From assembly GCF_003019035.1 (NCBI RefSeq), contig NZ_CP027447.1: a DNA stretch of 64,000 bases. One strand, written 5' to 3'. The translations under genes and the position numbers were made by a program. Below the pieces are notes generated by a model. The model was not told the DNA's origin. It saw only the letters and a program-made list of their open reading frames with translations, and made no database searches. This DNA is from Escherichia coli. GTDB lineage: Bacteria > Pseudomonadota > Gammaproteobacteria > Enterobacterales > Enterobacteriaceae. This document shows positions 1-16,396 of the stretch, one piece after another; within the stretch, counting starts at the first letter, position 1; the number at the start of each line of letters is the position of its first letter.

Positions 1-332
1 CGGAGGCGATTACCGAACTCGCCATGTACCGCCAGTTTGCCGATGCGGTGCAGGTGCCAATCCTCGCCAACATTACCGAATTTGGCGCAACACCGCTGTT
101 TACCACCGACGAATTACGCAGCGCCCATGTCGCAATGGCGCTGTACCCACTTTCAGCGTTCCGCGCCATGAACCGCGCCGCTGAGCATGTCTACAACGTC
201 CTGCGCCAGGAAGGCACGCAGAAAAGCGTCATCGACACCATGCAAACCCGCAACGAGCTGTACGAAAGCATCAACTACTACCAGTACGAAGAGAAGCTCG
301 ACGACCTGTTTGCCCGTAACCAGGCGAAATAA
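1..332 (+). CDS. prpB: 2-methylisocitrate lyase, C-terminal part (5' end lies outside window)
   Basis: ORF 24..332 translation matches the PrpB C-terminus; reading frame is open to the window start; followed by prpCDE. Confidence 0.9.
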   Translation, partial: EAITELAMYRQFADAVQVPILANITEFGATPLFTTDELRSAHVAMALYPLSAFRAMNRAAEHVYNVLRQEGTQKSVIDTMQTRNELYESINYYQYEEKLDDLFARNQAK

Positions 333-376
333 AACACAACGAAAAATATCTCGACCCTACAAATGACGAGGACAAC

Positions 377-1546
377 ATGAGCGACACAACGATCCTGCAA
401 AACAGTACCCATGTCATTAAACCGAAAAAATCGGTGGCGCTTTCTGGCGTTCCGGCGGGCAATACAGCGCTCTGCACCGTGGGTAAAAGCGGCAATGATT
501 TGCATTACCGCGGCTACGACATTCTTGATCTGGCGGAACATTGCGAATTTGAAGAAGTGGCGCATCTGCTGATCCACGGCAAACTGCCGACCCGTGACGA
601 ACTCGCCGCCTACAAAACGAAACTGAAAGCCCTGCGCGGTTTACCGGCTAACGTGCGTACTGTGCTGGAAGCCTTACCAGCGGCGTCGCACCCGATGGAT
701 GTTATGCGCACCGGCGTTTCCGCGCTCGGCTGCACACTGCCGGAAAAAGAGGGGCACACTGTATCTGGTGCGCGGGATATTGCCGACAAACTGCTGGCGT
801 CACTTAGCTCGATTCTTCTCTACTGGTATCACTACAGCCACAACGGCGAACGCATTCAGCCGGAAACCGATGACGACTCCATCGGCGGTCACTTCCTGCA
901 TCTGCTGCATGGCGAAAAGCCGTCGCAAAGCTGGGAAAAGGCGATGCATATTTCGCTGGTGCTGTACGCCGAACACGAGTTTAACGCCTCCACCTTTACC
1001 AGCCGGGTGATTGCGGGCACCGGCTCTGATATGTATTCCGCGATTATTGGCGCGATTGGTGCACTGCGCGGGCCGAAGCACGGCGGGGCGAATGAAGTGT
1101 CGCTGGAGATCCAGCAACGCTACGAAACGCCGGACGAAGCCGAAGCCGATATCCGCAAGCGGGTGGAAAACAAAGAAGTGGTCATTGGTTTTGGTCATCC
1201 GGTTTACACCATCGCCGACCCGCGCCATCAGGTGATCAAACGCGTGGCGAAGCAGCTCTCGCAGGAAGGCGGCTCGCTGAAGATGTACAACATCGCCGAT
1301 CGCCTGGAAACGGTGATGTGGGAGAGCAAAAAGATGTTCCCCAATCTCGACTGGTTCTCCGCTGTTTCCTACAACATGATGGGCGTTCCCACCGAGATGT
1401 TCACACCGCTGTTTGTTATCGCCCGCGTCACCGGCTGGGCGGCGCACATTATCGAACAACGTCAGGACAACAAAATTATCCGTCCTTCCGCCAATTATGT
1501 TGGACCGGAAGACCGCCAGTTTGTCGCGCTGGATAAGCGCCAGTAA
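377..1546 (+). CDS. prpC: 2-methylcitrate synthase
   Basis: 389-aa citrate-synthase-family ORF in prpBCDE context. Confidence 0.95.
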   Translation: MSDTTILQNSTHVIKPKKSVALSGVPAGNTALCTVGKSGNDLHYRGYDILDLAEHCEFEEVAHLLIHGKLPTRDELAAYKTKLKALRGLPANVRTVLEALPAASHPMDVMRTGVSALGCTLPEKEGHTVSGARDIADKLLASLSSILLYWYHYSHNGERIQPETDDDSIGGHFLHLLHGEKPSQSWEKAMHISLVLYAEHEFNASTFTSRVIAGTGSDMYSAIIGAIGALRGPKHGGANEVSLEIQQRYETPDEAEADIRKRVENKEVVIGFGHPVYTIADPRHQVIKRVAKQLSQEGGSLKMYNIADRLETVMWESKKMFPNLDWFSAVSYNMMGVPTEMFTPLFVIARVTGWAAHIIEQRQDNKIIRPSANYVGPEDRQFVALDKRQ

Positions 1547-1579
1547 ACCTCTACGAATAACAATAAGGAAACGTACCCA

Positions 1580-3031
1580 ATGTCAGCTCAAATCAACAAC
1601 ATCCGCCCGGAATTTGATCGTGAAATCGTTGATATCGTCGATTACGTGATGAACTACGAAATCAGCTCCAGTGTAGCTTACGACACCGCACATTACTGCC
1701 TGCTCGACACGCTCGGCTGCGGTCTGGAAGCTCTCGAATATCCGGCCTGTAAAAAACTGCTGGGGCCAATTGTCCCCGGCACCGTCGTACCCAACGGCGT
1801 GCGCGTCCCCGGAACTCAGTTTCAGCTCGACCCCGTCCAGGCGGCATTTAACATCGGCACGATGATCCGTTGGCTCGATTTCAACGATACCTGGCTGGCG
1901 GCGGAGTGGGGCCATCCTTCCGACAACCTCGGCGGCATTCTGGCAACGGCGGACTGGCTTTCGCGCAACGCGGTCGCCAGCGGCAAAGCGCCGTTGACCA
2001 TGAAACAGGTGCTGACCGCAATGATCAAAGCCCATGAAATTCAGGGCTGCATCGCGCTGGAGAATTCCTTTAACCGCGTCGGCCTCGACCACGTTCTGTT
2101 AGTGAAAGTGGCTTCCACCGCCGTGGTCGCCGAAATGCTCGGCCTGACCCGCGAGGAAATTCTCAACGCTGTTTCGCTGGCGTGGGTGGACGGTCAGTCG
2201 CTGCGCACCTATCGCCATGCGCCGAACACCGGCACGCGTAAATCCTGGGCGGCGGGCGATGCTACATCCCGCGCGGTACGTCTGGCACTGATGGCGAAAA
2301 CGGGCGAAATGGGTTACCCGTCAGCCCTGACTGCGCCTGTGTGGGGCTTCTACGACGTCTCCTTCAAAGGTGAATCGTTCCGCTTCCAGCGCCCGTACGG
2401 TTCTTACGTCATGGAGAATGTGCTGTTCAAAATCTCCTTCCCGGCGGAGTTCCACTCCCAGACGGCAGTTGAAGCGGCGATGACGCTCTATGAACAGATG
2501 CAGGCCGCAGGCAAAACGGCGGCAGATATCGAAAAAGTGACCATTCGCACCCACGAAGCCTGTATTCGCATCATCGACAAAAAAGGGCCGCTCAATAACC
2601 CGGCAGACCGCGATCACTGCATTCAGTACATGGTGGCGATCCCGCTGCTGTTCGGGCGCTTAACGGCGGCAGATTACGAGGACAACGTTGCGCAAGATAA
2701 ACGCATTGACGCCCTGCGCGAGAAGATCAATTGCTTTGAAGATCCGGCATTTACCGCTGACTACCACGACCCGGAAAAACGTGCCATCGCCAATGCCATA
2801 ACCCTTGAGTTCACCGACGGTACGCGATTTGAAGAAGTGGTGGTGGAGTACCCAATTGGTCATGCTCGCCGCCGTCAGGATGGCATTCCGAAGCTGGTGG
2901 ATAAATTCAAAATCAATCTCGCGCGCCAGTTCCCGACTCGCCAACAGCAGCGCATTCTGGAGGTTTCTCTCGACAGAGCTCGCCTGGAACAGATGCCGGT
3001 CAATGAGTATCTCGACCTGTACGTCATTTAA
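1580..3031 (+). CDS. prpD: 2-methylcitrate dehydratase
   Basis: 483-aa ORF, MmgE/PrpD family, operon position. Confidence 0.95.
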   Translation: MSAQINNIRPEFDREIVDIVDYVMNYEISSSVAYDTAHYCLLDTLGCGLEALEYPACKKLLGPIVPGTVVPNGVRVPGTQFQLDPVQAAFNIGTMIRWLDFNDTWLAAEWGHPSDNLGGILATADWLSRNAVASGKAPLTMKQVLTAMIKAHEIQGCIALENSFNRVGLDHVLLVKVASTAVVAEMLGLTREEILNAVSLAWVDGQSLRTYRHAPNTGTRKSWAAGDATSRAVRLALMAKTGEMGYPSALTAPVWGFYDVSFKGESFRFQRPYGSYVMENVLFKISFPAEFHSQTAVEAAMTLYEQMQAAGKTAADIEKVTIRTHEACIRIIDKKGPLNNPADRDHCIQYMVAIPLLFGRLTAADYEDNVAQDKRIDALREKINCFEDPAFTADYHDPEKRAIANAITLEFTDGTRFEEVVVEYPIGHARRRQDGIPKLVDKFKINLARQFPTRQQQRILEVSLDRARLEQMPVNEYLDLYVI

Positions 3032-3070
3032 GCAAACAGCGGTAAGGCGTAAGTTCAACAGGAGAGCATT

Positions 3071-4957
3071 ATGTCTTTTAGCGAATTTTATCAGCGTTCG
3101 ATTAACGAACCGGAGAAGTTCTGGGCCGAGCAGGCCCGGCGTATTGACTGGCAGACGCCCTTTACGCAAACGCTCGATCACAGCAATCCGCCGTTTGCCC
3201 GTTGGTTTTGTGAAGGCCGAACCAACTTGTGTCACAACGCTATCGACCGCTGGCTGGAGAAACAGCCAGAGGCGCTGGCGCTGATTGCCGTCTCTTCGGA
3301 AACAGAAGAAGAGCGCACCTTTACCTTTCGTCAGCTTCATGACGAAGTGAACGCAGTGGCGTCAATGCTGCGCTCACTGGGCGTGCAGCGTGGCGATCGG
3401 GTGCTGGTGTATATGCCGATGATTGCCGAAGCGCATATTACTCTGCTGGCCTGCGCGCGCATTGGCGCTATTCACTCGGTGGTGTTTGGTGGATTTGCCT
3501 CGCACAGCGTGGCGGCGCGAATTGATGATGCTAAACCGGTGCTGATTGTCTCGGCTGATGCCGGAGCGCGCGGTGGCAAAATCATTCCCTATAAAAAATT
3601 ACTCGACGATGCGATAAGTCAGGCGCAGCATCAGCCGCGCCACGTTTTACTGGTGGATCGCGGGCTGGCGAAAATGCCGCGCGTTAGCGGGCGGGATGTC
3701 GATTTCGCGTCGTTGCGCCATCAACACATCGGCGCGCGGGTACCGGTGGCGTGGCTGGAATCCAACGAAACCTCCTGCATTCTCTACACCTCCGGCACGA
3801 CCGGCAAACCTAAAGGCGTGCAGCGTGACGTCGGCGGATATGCGGTGGCGCTGGCGACCTCGATGGACACCATTTTTGGCGGCAAAGCGGGCGGTGTGTT
3901 CTTTTGTGCTTCGGATATCGGCTGGGTGGTGGGGCATTCGTATATCGTCTACGCGCCGCTGCTGGCGGGGATGGCGACTATCGTTTACGAAGGATTACCG
4001 ACCTGGCCGGACTGCGGTGTGTGGTGGAAAATCGTCGAGAAATATCAGGTTAGCCGGATGTTCTCAGCGCCGACCGCCATTCGCGTGCTGAAAAAATTCC
4101 CTACCGCTGAAATTCGCAAACACGATCTCTCGTCGCTGGAAGTGCTCTATCTGGCTGGAGAACCGCTGGACGAGCCGACCGCCAGTTGGGTGAGCAATAC
4201 GCTGGATGTGCCGGTCATCGACAACTACTGGCAGACCGAATCCGGCTGGCCGATTATGGCGATTGCTCGCGGTCTGGACGACAGGCCGACGCGTCTGGGA
4301 AGCCCCGGCGTGCCGATGTATGGCTACAACGTGCAGTTGCTCAATGAAGTCACCGGCGAGCCGTGCGGCGTCAATGAGAAAGGGATGCTGGTGGTGGAAG
4401 GGCCGCTGCCGCCGGGGTGTATTCAGACCATCTGGGGCGACGACGACCGCTTTGTGAAGACGTACTGGTCGCTGTTTTCCCGCCCGGTGTACGCCACTTT
4501 TGACTGGGGCATCCGCGATGCTGACGGTTATCACTTTATTCTCGGGCGCACTGACGATGTGATTAACGTTGCCGGGCATCGGCTGGGGACGCGCGAGATT
4601 GAAGAGAGTATCTCCAGTCATCCGGGCGTTGCCGAAGTGGCGGTGGTTGGGGTGAAAGATGCGCTGAAAGGGCAGGTGGCGGTGGCGTTTGTCATTCCGA
4701 AAGAGAGCGATAGTCTGGAAGATCGTGAGGTGGCGCACTCGCAAGAGAAGGCGATTATGGCGCTGGTGGACAGCCAGATTGGCAACTTTGGCCGCCCGGC
4801 GCACGTCTGGTTTGTCTCGCAATTGCCAAAAACGCGATCCGGAAAAATGCTGCGCCGCACGATCCAGGCGATTTGCGAAGGACGCGATCCTGGAGATCTG
4901 ACGACCATTGATGATCCAGCGTCGTTGGATCAGATCCGCCAGGCGATGGAAGAGTAG
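3071..4957 (+). CDS. prpE: propionate--CoA ligase (propionyl-CoA synthetase)
   Basis: 628-aa acyl-CoA synthetase with AMP-binding motif YTSGTTGKPKG; last gene of prp operon. Confidence 0.95.
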   Translation: MSFSEFYQRSINEPEKFWAEQARRIDWQTPFTQTLDHSNPPFARWFCEGRTNLCHNAIDRWLEKQPEALALIAVSSETEEERTFTFRQLHDEVNAVASMLRSLGVQRGDRVLVYMPMIAEAHITLLACARIGAIHSVVFGGFASHSVAARIDDAKPVLIVSADAGARGGKIIPYKKLLDDAISQAQHQPRHVLLVDRGLAKMPRVSGRDVDFASLRHQHIGARVPVAWLESNETSCILYTSGTTGKPKGVQRDVGGYAVALATSMDTIFGGKAGGVFFCASDIGWVVGHSYIVYAPLLAGMATIVYEGLPTWPDCGVWWKIVEKYQVSRMFSAPTAIRVLKKFPTAEIRKHDLSSLEVLYLAGEPLDEPTASWVSNTLDVPVIDNYWQTESGWPIMAIARGLDDRPTRLGSPGVPMYGYNVQLLNEVTGEPCGVNEKGMLVVEGPLPPGCIQTIWGDDDRFVKTYWSLFSRPVYATFDWGIRDADGYHFILGRTDDVINVAGHRLGTREIEESISSHPGVAEVAVVGVKDALKGQVAVAFVIPKESDSLEDREVAHSQEKAIMALVDSQIGNFGRPAHVWFVSQLPKTRSGKMLRRTIQAICEGRDPGDLTTIDDPASLDQIRQAMEE

Positions 4958-5041
4958 GTTATTGTCGGATGCGTCGCCTGGCGCATCCGACACCATGCGC
5001 CGATGCCTGATGCGACGTTTACCGCGTCTTATTATGCCTAC
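4934..5041. repeat. REP-like palindrome (gtcggatgcg...cgcatccgac) plus canonical REP (gatgcctgatgcgacg...cgtcttat..gcctac), BIME-like
   Basis: Inverted repeats read directly; first unit overlaps the prpE stop codon. Confidence 0.75.
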
Positions 5042-5111
5042 CCACTGTTTTTACACCGATAATTTTTCCCCCACCTTTTTGCACTCATTCATATAAAAAA
5101 TATATTTCCCC

Positions 5112-5127
5112 ACGAAAACGATTGCTT
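5112..5127 (+). promoter_or_regulatory. PurR-box-like 16-mer (acgaaaacgattgctt) upstream of codB
   Basis: About 12/16 match to the PUR box consensus ACGCAAACGTTTGCGT; codBA is purine/nitrogen regulated in E. coli. Confidence 0.45.
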
Positions 5128-5193
5128 TTTATCTTCAGATGAATAGAATGCGGCGGATTTTTTGGGTTTCAAACAGCAAAAAGGGGGAATTTC

Positions 5194-6453
5194 GTGTCGC
5201 AAGATAACAACTTTAGCCAGGGGCCAGTCCCGCAGTCGGCGCGGAAAGGGGTGTTGGCATTGACGTTCGTCATGCTGGGATTAACCTTCTTTTCCGCCAG
5301 TATGTGGACCGGCGGCACTCTCGGAACCGGTCTTAGCTATCATGATTTCTTCCTCGCAGTCCTCATCGGTAATCTTCTCCTCGGTATTTACACTTCATTT
5401 CTTGGTTACATTGGCGCAAAAACCGGCCTGACCACTCATCTTCTTGCTCGCTTCTCTTTTGGTGTTAAAGGCTCATGGCTGCCTTCACTGCTACTGGGCG
5501 GAACTCAGGTTGGCTGGTTTGGCGTTGGCGTGGCGATGTTTGCTATTCCGGTGGGCAAGGCAACCGGGCTGGATATTAATTTGCTGATTGCCGTTTCCGG
5601 TTTACTGATGACCGTCACCGTCTTCTTTGGCATTTCGGCGCTGACGGTTCTTTCGGTGATTGCAGTTCCGGCTATCGCCTGTCTTGGCGGTTATTCCGTG
5701 TGGCTGGCCGTTAACGGCATGGGCGGCCTGGACGCCTTAAAAGCGGTCGTTCCCGCACAACCGTTAGATTTCAATGTTGCACTGGCGCTGGTTGTGGGGT
5801 CATTTATCAGCGCGGGCACGCTCACCGCTGACTTTGTCCGCTTTGGTCGCAATGCCAAACTGGCGGTGCTGGTGGCGATGGTGGCCTTTTTCCTCGGCAA
5901 CTCGTTGATGTTTATTTTCGGTGCAGCGGGCGCTGCGGCACTGGGGATGGCGGATATCTCTGATGTGATGATTGCTCAGGGCCTGCTGCTGCCTGCGATT
6001 GTGGTGCTGGGGCTGAATATCTGGACCACCAACGATAACGCGCTCTATGCGTCGGGTTTAGGTTTCGCCAACATTACCGGGATGTCGAGCAAAACCCTTT
6101 CGGTAATCAACGGTATTATCGGTACGGTCTGCGCATTATGGCTGTATAACAATTTTGTCGGCTGGCTGACCTTCCTTTCGGCAGCTATTCCTCCGGTAGG
6201 GGGCGTGATCATCGCTGACTATCTGATGAACCGTCGCCGCTATGAGCACTTTGCGACCACGCGTATGATGAGTGTCAATTGGGTGGCGATTCTGGCTGTC
6301 GCGCTGGGGATTGCCGCAGGCCACTGGTTACCGGGAATTGTTCCGGTCAACGCGGTATTAGGTGGCGCGCTGAGCTATCTGATCCTTAACCCGATTTTGA
6401 ATCGTAAAACGACAGCAGCAATGACGCATGTGGAGGCTAACAGTGTCGAATAA
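5194..6453 (+). CDS. codB: cytosine permease (NCS1 family), GTG start
   Basis: 419-aa polytopic membrane ORF; overlaps codA start. Confidence 0.93.
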   Translation: MSQDNNFSQGPVPQSARKGVLALTFVMLGLTFFSASMWTGGTLGTGLSYHDFFLAVLIGNLLLGIYTSFLGYIGAKTGLTTHLLARFSFGVKGSWLPSLLLGGTQVGWFGVGVAMFAIPVGKATGLDINLLIAVSGLLMTVTVFFGISALTVLSVIAVPAIACLGGYSVWLAVNGMGGLDALKAVVPAQPLDFNVALALVVGSFISAGTLTADFVRFGRNAKLAVLVAMVAFFLGNSLMFIFGAAGAAALGMADISDVMIAQGLLLPAIVVLGLNIWTTNDNALYASGLGFANITGMSSKTLSVINGIIGTVCALWLYNNFVGWLTFLSAAIPPVGGVIIADYLMNRRRYEHFATTRMMSVNWVAILAVALGIAAGHWLPGIVPVNAVLGGALSYLILNPILNRKTTAAMTHVEANSVE

Positions 6454-7726
6454 CGCTTTACAAACAATTATTAACGCCCGGTTACCCGGCAAAGAGGGGC
6501 TGTGGCAGATTCATCTTCACGACGGAAAAATCAGCGCCATTGATGTGCAATCCGGGGTGATGCCCATAACTGAAAACAGCCTGGATGCCGAACAAGGTTT
6601 AGTTATACCACCGTTTGTGGAGCCGCATATTCACCTGGACACCACGCAAACCGCCGGACAACCGAACTGGAATCAGTCCGGCACGCTGTTTGAAGGCATT
6701 GAACGCTGGGCCGAGCGCAAAGCGTTATTAACCCATGACGATGTGAAACAACGCGCCTGGCAAACGCTGAAATGGCAGATTGCCAACGGCATTCAGCATG
6801 TGCGTACCCATGTCGATGTCTCCGACGCAACGCTGACTGCGTTGAAAGCGATGCTGGAAGTGAAACAGGAAGTTGCGCCGTGGATTGATCTGCAAATCGT
6901 CGCCTTCCCGCAGGAAGGGATTTTGTCGTATCCCAACGGTGAAGCGTTGCTGGAAGAGGCGTTACGCTTAGGGGCAGACGTAGTGGGGGCGATTCCGCAT
7001 TTTGAATTTACCCGTGAATATGGCGTGGAGTCGCTGCATAAAACCTTCGCCCTGGCGCAAAAATACGACCGTCTCATCGATGTTCACTGTGATGAGATTG
7101 ATGACGAACAGTCGCGCTTTGTTGAAACCGTTGCTGCCCTGGCGCACCGTGAAGGCATGGGCGCGCGAGTCACCGCCAGCCACACTACGGCAATGCACTC
7201 CTATAACGGGGCGTATACCTCGCGCCTGTTCCGCTTGCTGAAAATGTCCGGTATTAACTTTGTCGCCAACCCGCTGGTCAATATCCATCTGCAAGGACGT
7301 TTCGATACCTATCCAAAACGTCGCGGCATCACGCGCGTTAAAGAGATGCTGGAGTCCGGCATTAACGTCTGCTTTGGTCACGATGATGTCTTCGATCCGT
7401 GGTATCCACTGGGAACGGCGAATATGCTGCAAGTGCTGCATATGGGGCTGCATGTTTGCCAGCTGATGGGCTACGGGCAGATTAACGATGGCCTGAATTT
7501 AATCACCCACCACAGTGCCAGGACGTTGAATTTGCAGGATTACGGCATTGCCGCCGGAAACAGCGCCAACCTGATTATCCTGCCGGCTGAAAATGGGTTT
7601 GACGCGCTGCGCCGTCAGGTTCCGGTGCGCTATTCGGTACGTGGCGGTAAGGTGATTGCCAGCACCCAACCAGCACAAACCACCGTATATCTGGAGCAGC
7701 CAGAAGCCATCGATTACAAACGGTAA
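6443..7726 (+). CDS. codA: cytosine deaminase
   Basis: Amidohydrolase ORF; start set at GTG 6443 (VSNNALQ...) rather than the track's upstream ATG 6428; HxH metal motif PHIHLD present. Confidence 0.93.
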   Translation: MSNNALQTIINARLPGKEGLWQIHLHDGKISAIDVQSGVMPITENSLDAEQGLVIPPFVEPHIHLDTTQTAGQPNWNQSGTLFEGIERWAERKALLTHDDVKQRAWQTLKWQIANGIQHVRTHVDVSDATLTALKAMLEVKQEVAPWIDLQIVAFPQEGILSYPNGEALLEEALRLGADVVGAIPHFEFTREYGVESLHKTFALAQKYDRLIDVHCDEIDDEQSRFVETVAALAHREGMGARVTASHTTAMHSYNGAYTSRLFRLLKMSGINFVANPLVNIHLQGRFDTYPKRRGITRVKEMLESGINVCFGHDDVFDPWYPLGTANMLQVLHMGLHVCQLMGYGQINDGLNLITHHSARTLNLQDYGIAAGNSANLIILPAENGFDALRRQVPVRYSVRGGKVIASTQPAQTTVYLEQPEAIDYKR

Positions 7727-7743
7727 TTTCCTCTGCGTTGAAG

Positions 7744-7767
7744 AGCCACTGACCTGTGTCAGTGGCT
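7744..7767. terminator. Hairpin between convergent codA and cynR (agccactgac/gtcagtggct), likely bidirectional terminator
   Basis: Perfect 10-bp inverted repeat with 4-nt loop read in sequence. Confidence 0.6.
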
Positions 7768-8665
7768 ACCGTGATTCATGCCCGCCAACATCCGCACATT
7801 CTTCCAACGCCATGTGTAAAAATGCCTTCGCGGCGGCTGTCTGCCAGCTATTTTTCCGCCGCAACAAAACCGCCGTTCTCTCCAGTAACGGTGGGGCAAG
7901 GGATATAGCTTTAAGCCCGTCATGTTGTGTGGCAATCGCTGCTGGCAACAATGTGGAAAGGGAAGTGCGGCGAATCAGCTCCAGAACCGCGCTAATTGAG
8001 TTCGCCTCAATGACCACCTGTGGATGTAGCCCCGCTTTCTCGCAGTAGTGGTCAATTTGCTCTCTGGTGGCAAATTCCGCGCTGAGCAGGACCAGTTTTT
8101 CATCATGCAAGCGACTCAACGCCACCTGTTCACAGGCAGCCAGCGGATGATGTTGCGCCACGACTAACGCTAAACTTTCTGTCAGTAAAGGAATTGCCTC
8201 CAGCTCCGGCGAATGCACAGGCGCGAAGGCAATCCCAACGTCCAACTCGTCGCGACAAAGCAGATCTTCGATTTTCTCCTGCGACATTTCCTGTAGCTGG
8301 AGCGTGATGCCGGGGTAGCGCGCATAGAAATCCGCCATTAAAGGGCCGATAAAGTAGCTTGTAAAGGTGGGAGTGACGGCGATACGCAGCGATCCTCGCG
8401 TCAGATCGGCAACATCATGAATCGCCCGTTTACCCGCCCCCAGTTCCTGTAACGCCCGGCTGGCGTACTGTCGCCAGACTTCTCCTGCATCAGTGAGACG
8501 AATCGTTCGCCCGCTACGGTCAAACAGCGGCACGCCTAAACTCTCCTCTAACTGGCGAATCTGCTGGGAAAGCGCAGGCTGGGAGACGTGCAACGCACTG
8601 GCGGCACGGGTGAAGCTGCCATGTTCAGCCACGGCAAGAAAATAATTGATATGTCGAGAGAGCAT
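7766..8665 (-). CDS. cynR: LysR-family transcriptional activator of the cyn operon
   Basis: LysR HTH N-terminus ([22 protein letters not shown]...); start set at internal ATG 8665; divergent from cynT. Confidence 0.92.
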   Translation of the reverse strand: MLSRHINYFLAVAEHGSFTRAASALHVSQPALSQQIRQLEESLGVPLFDRSGRTIRLTDAGEVWRQYASRALQELGAGKRAIHDVADLTRGSLRIAVTPTFTSYFIGPLMADFYARYPGITLQLQEMSQEKIEDLLCRDELDVGIAFAPVHSPELEAIPLLTESLALVVAQHHPLAACEQVALSRLHDEKLVLLSAEFATREQIDHYCEKAGLHPQVVIEANSISAVLELIRRTSLSTLLPAAIATQHDGLKAISLAPPLLERTAVLLRRKNSWQTAAAKAFLHMALEECADVGGHESR

Positions 8666-8774
8666 TCGCCAACCTATAAGTAAATCCAATAGAACTCATC
8701 ATAAATGAGACTTTTACCTTATGACAATCGGCGAGTAGTCTGCCTCTCATTCCAGAGACAGACAGAGGTTAACG

Positions 8775-9434
8775 GTGAAAGAGATTATTGATGGATTCCT
8801 TAAATTCCAGCGCGAGGCATTTCCGAAGCGGGAAGCCTTGTTTAAACAGCTGGCGACACAGCAAAGCCCGCGCACCCTTTTTATCTCCTGCTCCGACAGC
8901 CGTCTGGTCCCTGAGCTGGTGACGCAACGTGAGCCTGGCGATCTGTTCGTTATTCGCAACGCGGGCAATATCGTTCCTTCCTACGGGCCAGAACCCGGTG
9001 GCGTTTCTGCTTCGGTGGAGTACGCCGTCGCTGCGCTTCGGGTATCTGACATTGTGATTTGCGGTCATTCCAACTGCGGCGCGATGACCTCCATTGCCAG
9101 CTGTCAGTGCATGGACCATATGCCTGCCGTTTCCCACTGGCTGCGTTATGCCGATTCAGCCCGCGTCGTTAATGAGGCGCGCCCGCATCCCGATTTACCG
9201 TCAAAAGCTGCGGCGATGGTACGTGAAAACGTCATTGCTCAGTTGGCTAATTTGCAAACTCATCCATCGGTGCGCCTGGCGCTCGAAGAGGGGCGGATCG
9301 CCCTGCACGGCTGGGTCTACGACATTGCAAGCGGCAGCATCGCAGCTTTTGACGGCGCAACCCGCCAGTTTGTGCCACTGGCCGCTAATCCTCGAGTTTG
9401 TGCCATACCGCTACGCCAACCGACCGCAGCGTAA
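8775..9434 (+). CDS. cynT: beta-class carbonic anhydrase, GTG start
   Basis: 219-aa ORF with beta-CA motifs (CSDSR, HxxCG). Confidence 0.93.
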   Translation: MKEIIDGFLKFQREAFPKREALFKQLATQQSPRTLFISCSDSRLVPELVTQREPGDLFVIRNAGNIVPSYGPEPGGVSASVEYAVAALRVSDIVICGHSNCGAMTSIASCQCMDHMPAVSHWLRYADSARVVNEARPHPDLPSKAAAMVRENVIAQLANLQTHPSVRLALEEGRIALHGWVYDIASGSIAAFDGATRQFVPLAANPRVCAIPLRQPTAA

Positions 9435-9446
9435 CCTTATTTTTAA

Positions 9447-9935
<489 letters not shown>

Positions 9936-9967
9936 CAGCCATGCGTAACCATCAAAAGACGTTCACG

Positions 9968-11122
9968 ATGCTGCTGGTTCTGGTGCTGATTGGTCTTAAT
10001 ATGCGACCACTGCTCACCTCCGTCGGGCCACTGCTACCGCAATTGCGCCAGGCAAGCGGAATGAGCTTTAGCGTGGCTGCCCTGTTGACCGCTCTGCCGG
10101 TGGTTACCATGGGCGGGCTGGCGCTGGCCGGAAGCTGGCTTCATCAGCATGTCAGCGAACGTCGCAGCGTCGCCATCAGTTTGTTACTGATTGCCGTCGG
10201 TGCATTGATGCGTGAGCTTTACCCCCAAAGTGCGCTGCTGCTTAGCAGCGTACTGCTTGGTGGAGTGGGGATCGGCATCATTCAGGCAGTGATGCCTTCG
10301 GTAATTAAGCGGCGGTTTCAGCACCGTACGCCACTGGTGATGGGGCTGTGGTCCGCGGCTCTGATGGGCGGCGGTGGACTTGGTGCCGCCATTACGCCCT
10401 GGTTAGTTCAACATAGCGAAACCTGGTATCAAACACTCGCCTGGTGGGCGCTGCCTGCCGTTGTTGCGCTCTTTGCCTGGTGGTGGCAAAACGCCCGCGA
10501 GGTCGCCTCTTCTCACAAGACAACAACCACTCCGGTTCGCGTGGTATTTACTCCCCGCGCGTGGACGCTGGGTGTTTACTTCGGTCTGATTAACGGTGGT
10601 TACGCCAGCCTGATTGCCTGGTTACCCGCTTTCTATATTGAGATTGGTGCCAGCGCGCAGTACAGCGGTTCCTTGCTGGCATTGATGACGCTTGGGCAAG
10701 CAGCAGGGGCATTGCTGATGCCTGCTATGGCTCGCCATCAGGATCGGCGGAAACTTTTGATGCTGGCGCTGGCGTTACAACTGGTGGGGTTCTGCGGCTT
10801 TATCTGGCTGCCGCTGCAATTGCCGGTCTTCTGGGCAATGGTGTGTGGGTTAGGTCTGGGCGGCGCATTTCCGCTCTGTTTGCTGCTGGCGCTCGATCAC
10901 TCTGCGCAACCGGCTATTGCTGGCAAACTGGTGGCGTTTATGCAGGGGATCGGTTTTATCATCGCCGGGCTTGCTCCCTGGTTTTCTGGTGTGCTGCGTA
11001 GTATCAGTGGCAATTACTTGATGGACTGGGCGTTTCATGCGCTGTGCGTCGTTGGGCTGATGATCATAACCCTGCGTTTTGCACCAGCACGTTTTCCGCA
11101 GCTGTGGGTCAAAGAGGCATGA
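9968..11122 (+). CDS. cynX: MFS transporter, putative cyanate transporter
   Basis: Polytopic membrane ORF; start chosen at ATG 9968 (384 aa); upstream ATG 9941 is an alternative. Confidence 0.85.
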   Translation: MLLVLVLIGLNMRPLLTSVGPLLPQLRQASGMSFSVAALLTALPVVTMGGLALAGSWLHQHVSERRSVAISLLLIAVGALMRELYPQSALLLSSVLLGGVGIGIIQAVMPSVIKRRFQHRTPLVMGLWSAALMGGGGLGAAITPWLVQHSETWYQTLAWWALPAVVALFAWWWQNAREVASSHKTTTTPVRVVFTPRAWTLGVYFGLINGGYASLIAWLPAFYIEIGASAQYSGSLLALMTLGQAAGALLMPAMARHQDRRKLLMLALALQLVGFCGFIWLPLQLPVFWAMVCGLGLGGAFPLCLLLALDHSAQPAIAGKLVAFMQGIGFIIAGLAPWFSGVLRSISGNYLMDWAFHALCVVGLMIITLRFAPARFPQLWVKEA

Positions 11123-11133
11123 TGCGACGCTTG

Positions 11134-11192
11134 TTTCGCCAGATAATGGAAGAGTGAATTATTGTCGGATGTGCCCAATGGCGCATCCGACA
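11134..11192. repeat. REP-like palindrome (attgtcggatg...gcgcatccgaca); second copy of the element at 4934..4992
   Basis: Aligns in register with 4934..4992 (about 75 percent identity, arms conserved). Confidence 0.7.
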
Positions 11193-11209
11193 TTTATTTC
11201 AGTGCTTAT

Positions 11210-11821
11210 TTAAACTGAAGGTTCAACTTTATAATCTTTGTAATAATAGTGCTTATCCCGGTCGTTTATTTCGCGAATAACCCGACAAGGAACGCCAGCA
11301 GCCACGACGTTTGGTGGAATGTCTTTTGTGACGACACTACCCGCGCCAATAACAGCATTATCCCCGATGGTGACGCCAGGATTAATGACCACATGACTTC
11401 CGATCCAGACGTTATTGCCAATCGTTATCGGAAAAGAGTACATCTCGCCGTTTTTTCTCAATTCATGGTGTACAGGGTGTCCCGTAACGGAAAGAGTAAC
11501 ATTGGGTGCAATCAATACGTTATCACCGATCGTTACCGTGTAGTCGTCTACAATGGTTAAATTGAAATTTGCATAAAAATTGCGGCCTATATGGATGTTG
11601 GAACCGTAAGAGAAATAGACGGGTGGTTCTATCCAGGCGTTTTCCCCTACCGTGGCAAACATTTCTTTAATCAGGCTTTCTCTTTTTTCAACTTCTGATG
11701 GATGCGAGTGATTAAACTCATACATTAACGTTTTCCCACGAAGTCTTTTTTCCGGTAAGCCTTCGCACATATCGGTAAATAGCTTGCCTGCTTTTATTCT
11801 TTCGGTCATTGGCATGTTCAT
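11210..11821 (-). CDS. lacA: galactoside O-acetyltransferase
   Basis: Hexapeptide-repeat acetyltransferase; start set at internal ATG giving MNMPMTERI... Confidence 0.95.
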   Translation of the reverse strand: MNMPMTERIKAGKLFTDMCEGLPEKRLRGKTLMYEFNHSHPSEVEKRESLIKEMFATVGENAWIEPPVYFSYGSNIHIGRNFYANFNLTIVDDYTVTIGDNVLIAPNVTLSVTGHPVHHELRKNGEMYSFPITIGNNVWIGSHVVINPGVTIGDNAVIGAGSVVTKDIPPNVVAAGVPCRVIREINDRDKHYYYKDYKVEPSV

Positions 11822-11845
11822 TGCGATCATTCCGTCCTGATATGT

Positions 11846-11878
11846 TGGTCGGATAAGGCGCTCGCGCCGCATCCGACA
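11846..11878. repeat. REP-like palindromic element between lacY and lacA
   Basis: tcggataaggcg...cgccgcatccga inverted repeat. Confidence 0.6.
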
Positions 11879-11886
11879 TTGATTGC

Positions 11887-13185
<1,299 letters not shown>

Positions 13186-13191
13186 TTATTA

Positions 13192-16304
<3,113 letters not shown>

Positions 16305-16308
16305 TCAC

Positions 16309-16376
16309 ACAACATACGAGCCGGACGCATAAAATGTAAAGCCTGGGGTGCCTAATGAGTGAGCTGACTCACATTA
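16309..16376 (-). promoter_or_regulatory. lac promoter (-10 tatgtt, -35 tttaca) and CRP/CAP site (tgtgagtcagctcact)
   Basis: Motifs read on the reverse complement; CAP half-sites TGTGA/TCACT intact, spacer differs by one base from the canonical K-12 site. Confidence 0.85.
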
Positions 16377-16396
16377 ATTGCGTTGCGCTCACTGCC
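16376..16396 (-). promoter_or_regulatory. lac operator O3 (ggcagtgagcgcaacgcaatt), overlapping the lacI 3' end
   Basis: Exact match to O3, about 90 bp upstream of O1. Confidence 0.85.

Noticed and set aside
800-1459. 219-codon antisense ORF within prpC
   Set aside because: Antisense to the citrate-synthase-family gene; no motif support.
4064-4996. 310-codon antisense ORF within prpE
   Set aside because: Opposite strand of a well-supported gene; Arg/His-rich translation typical of antisense frames in GC-rich coding DNA.
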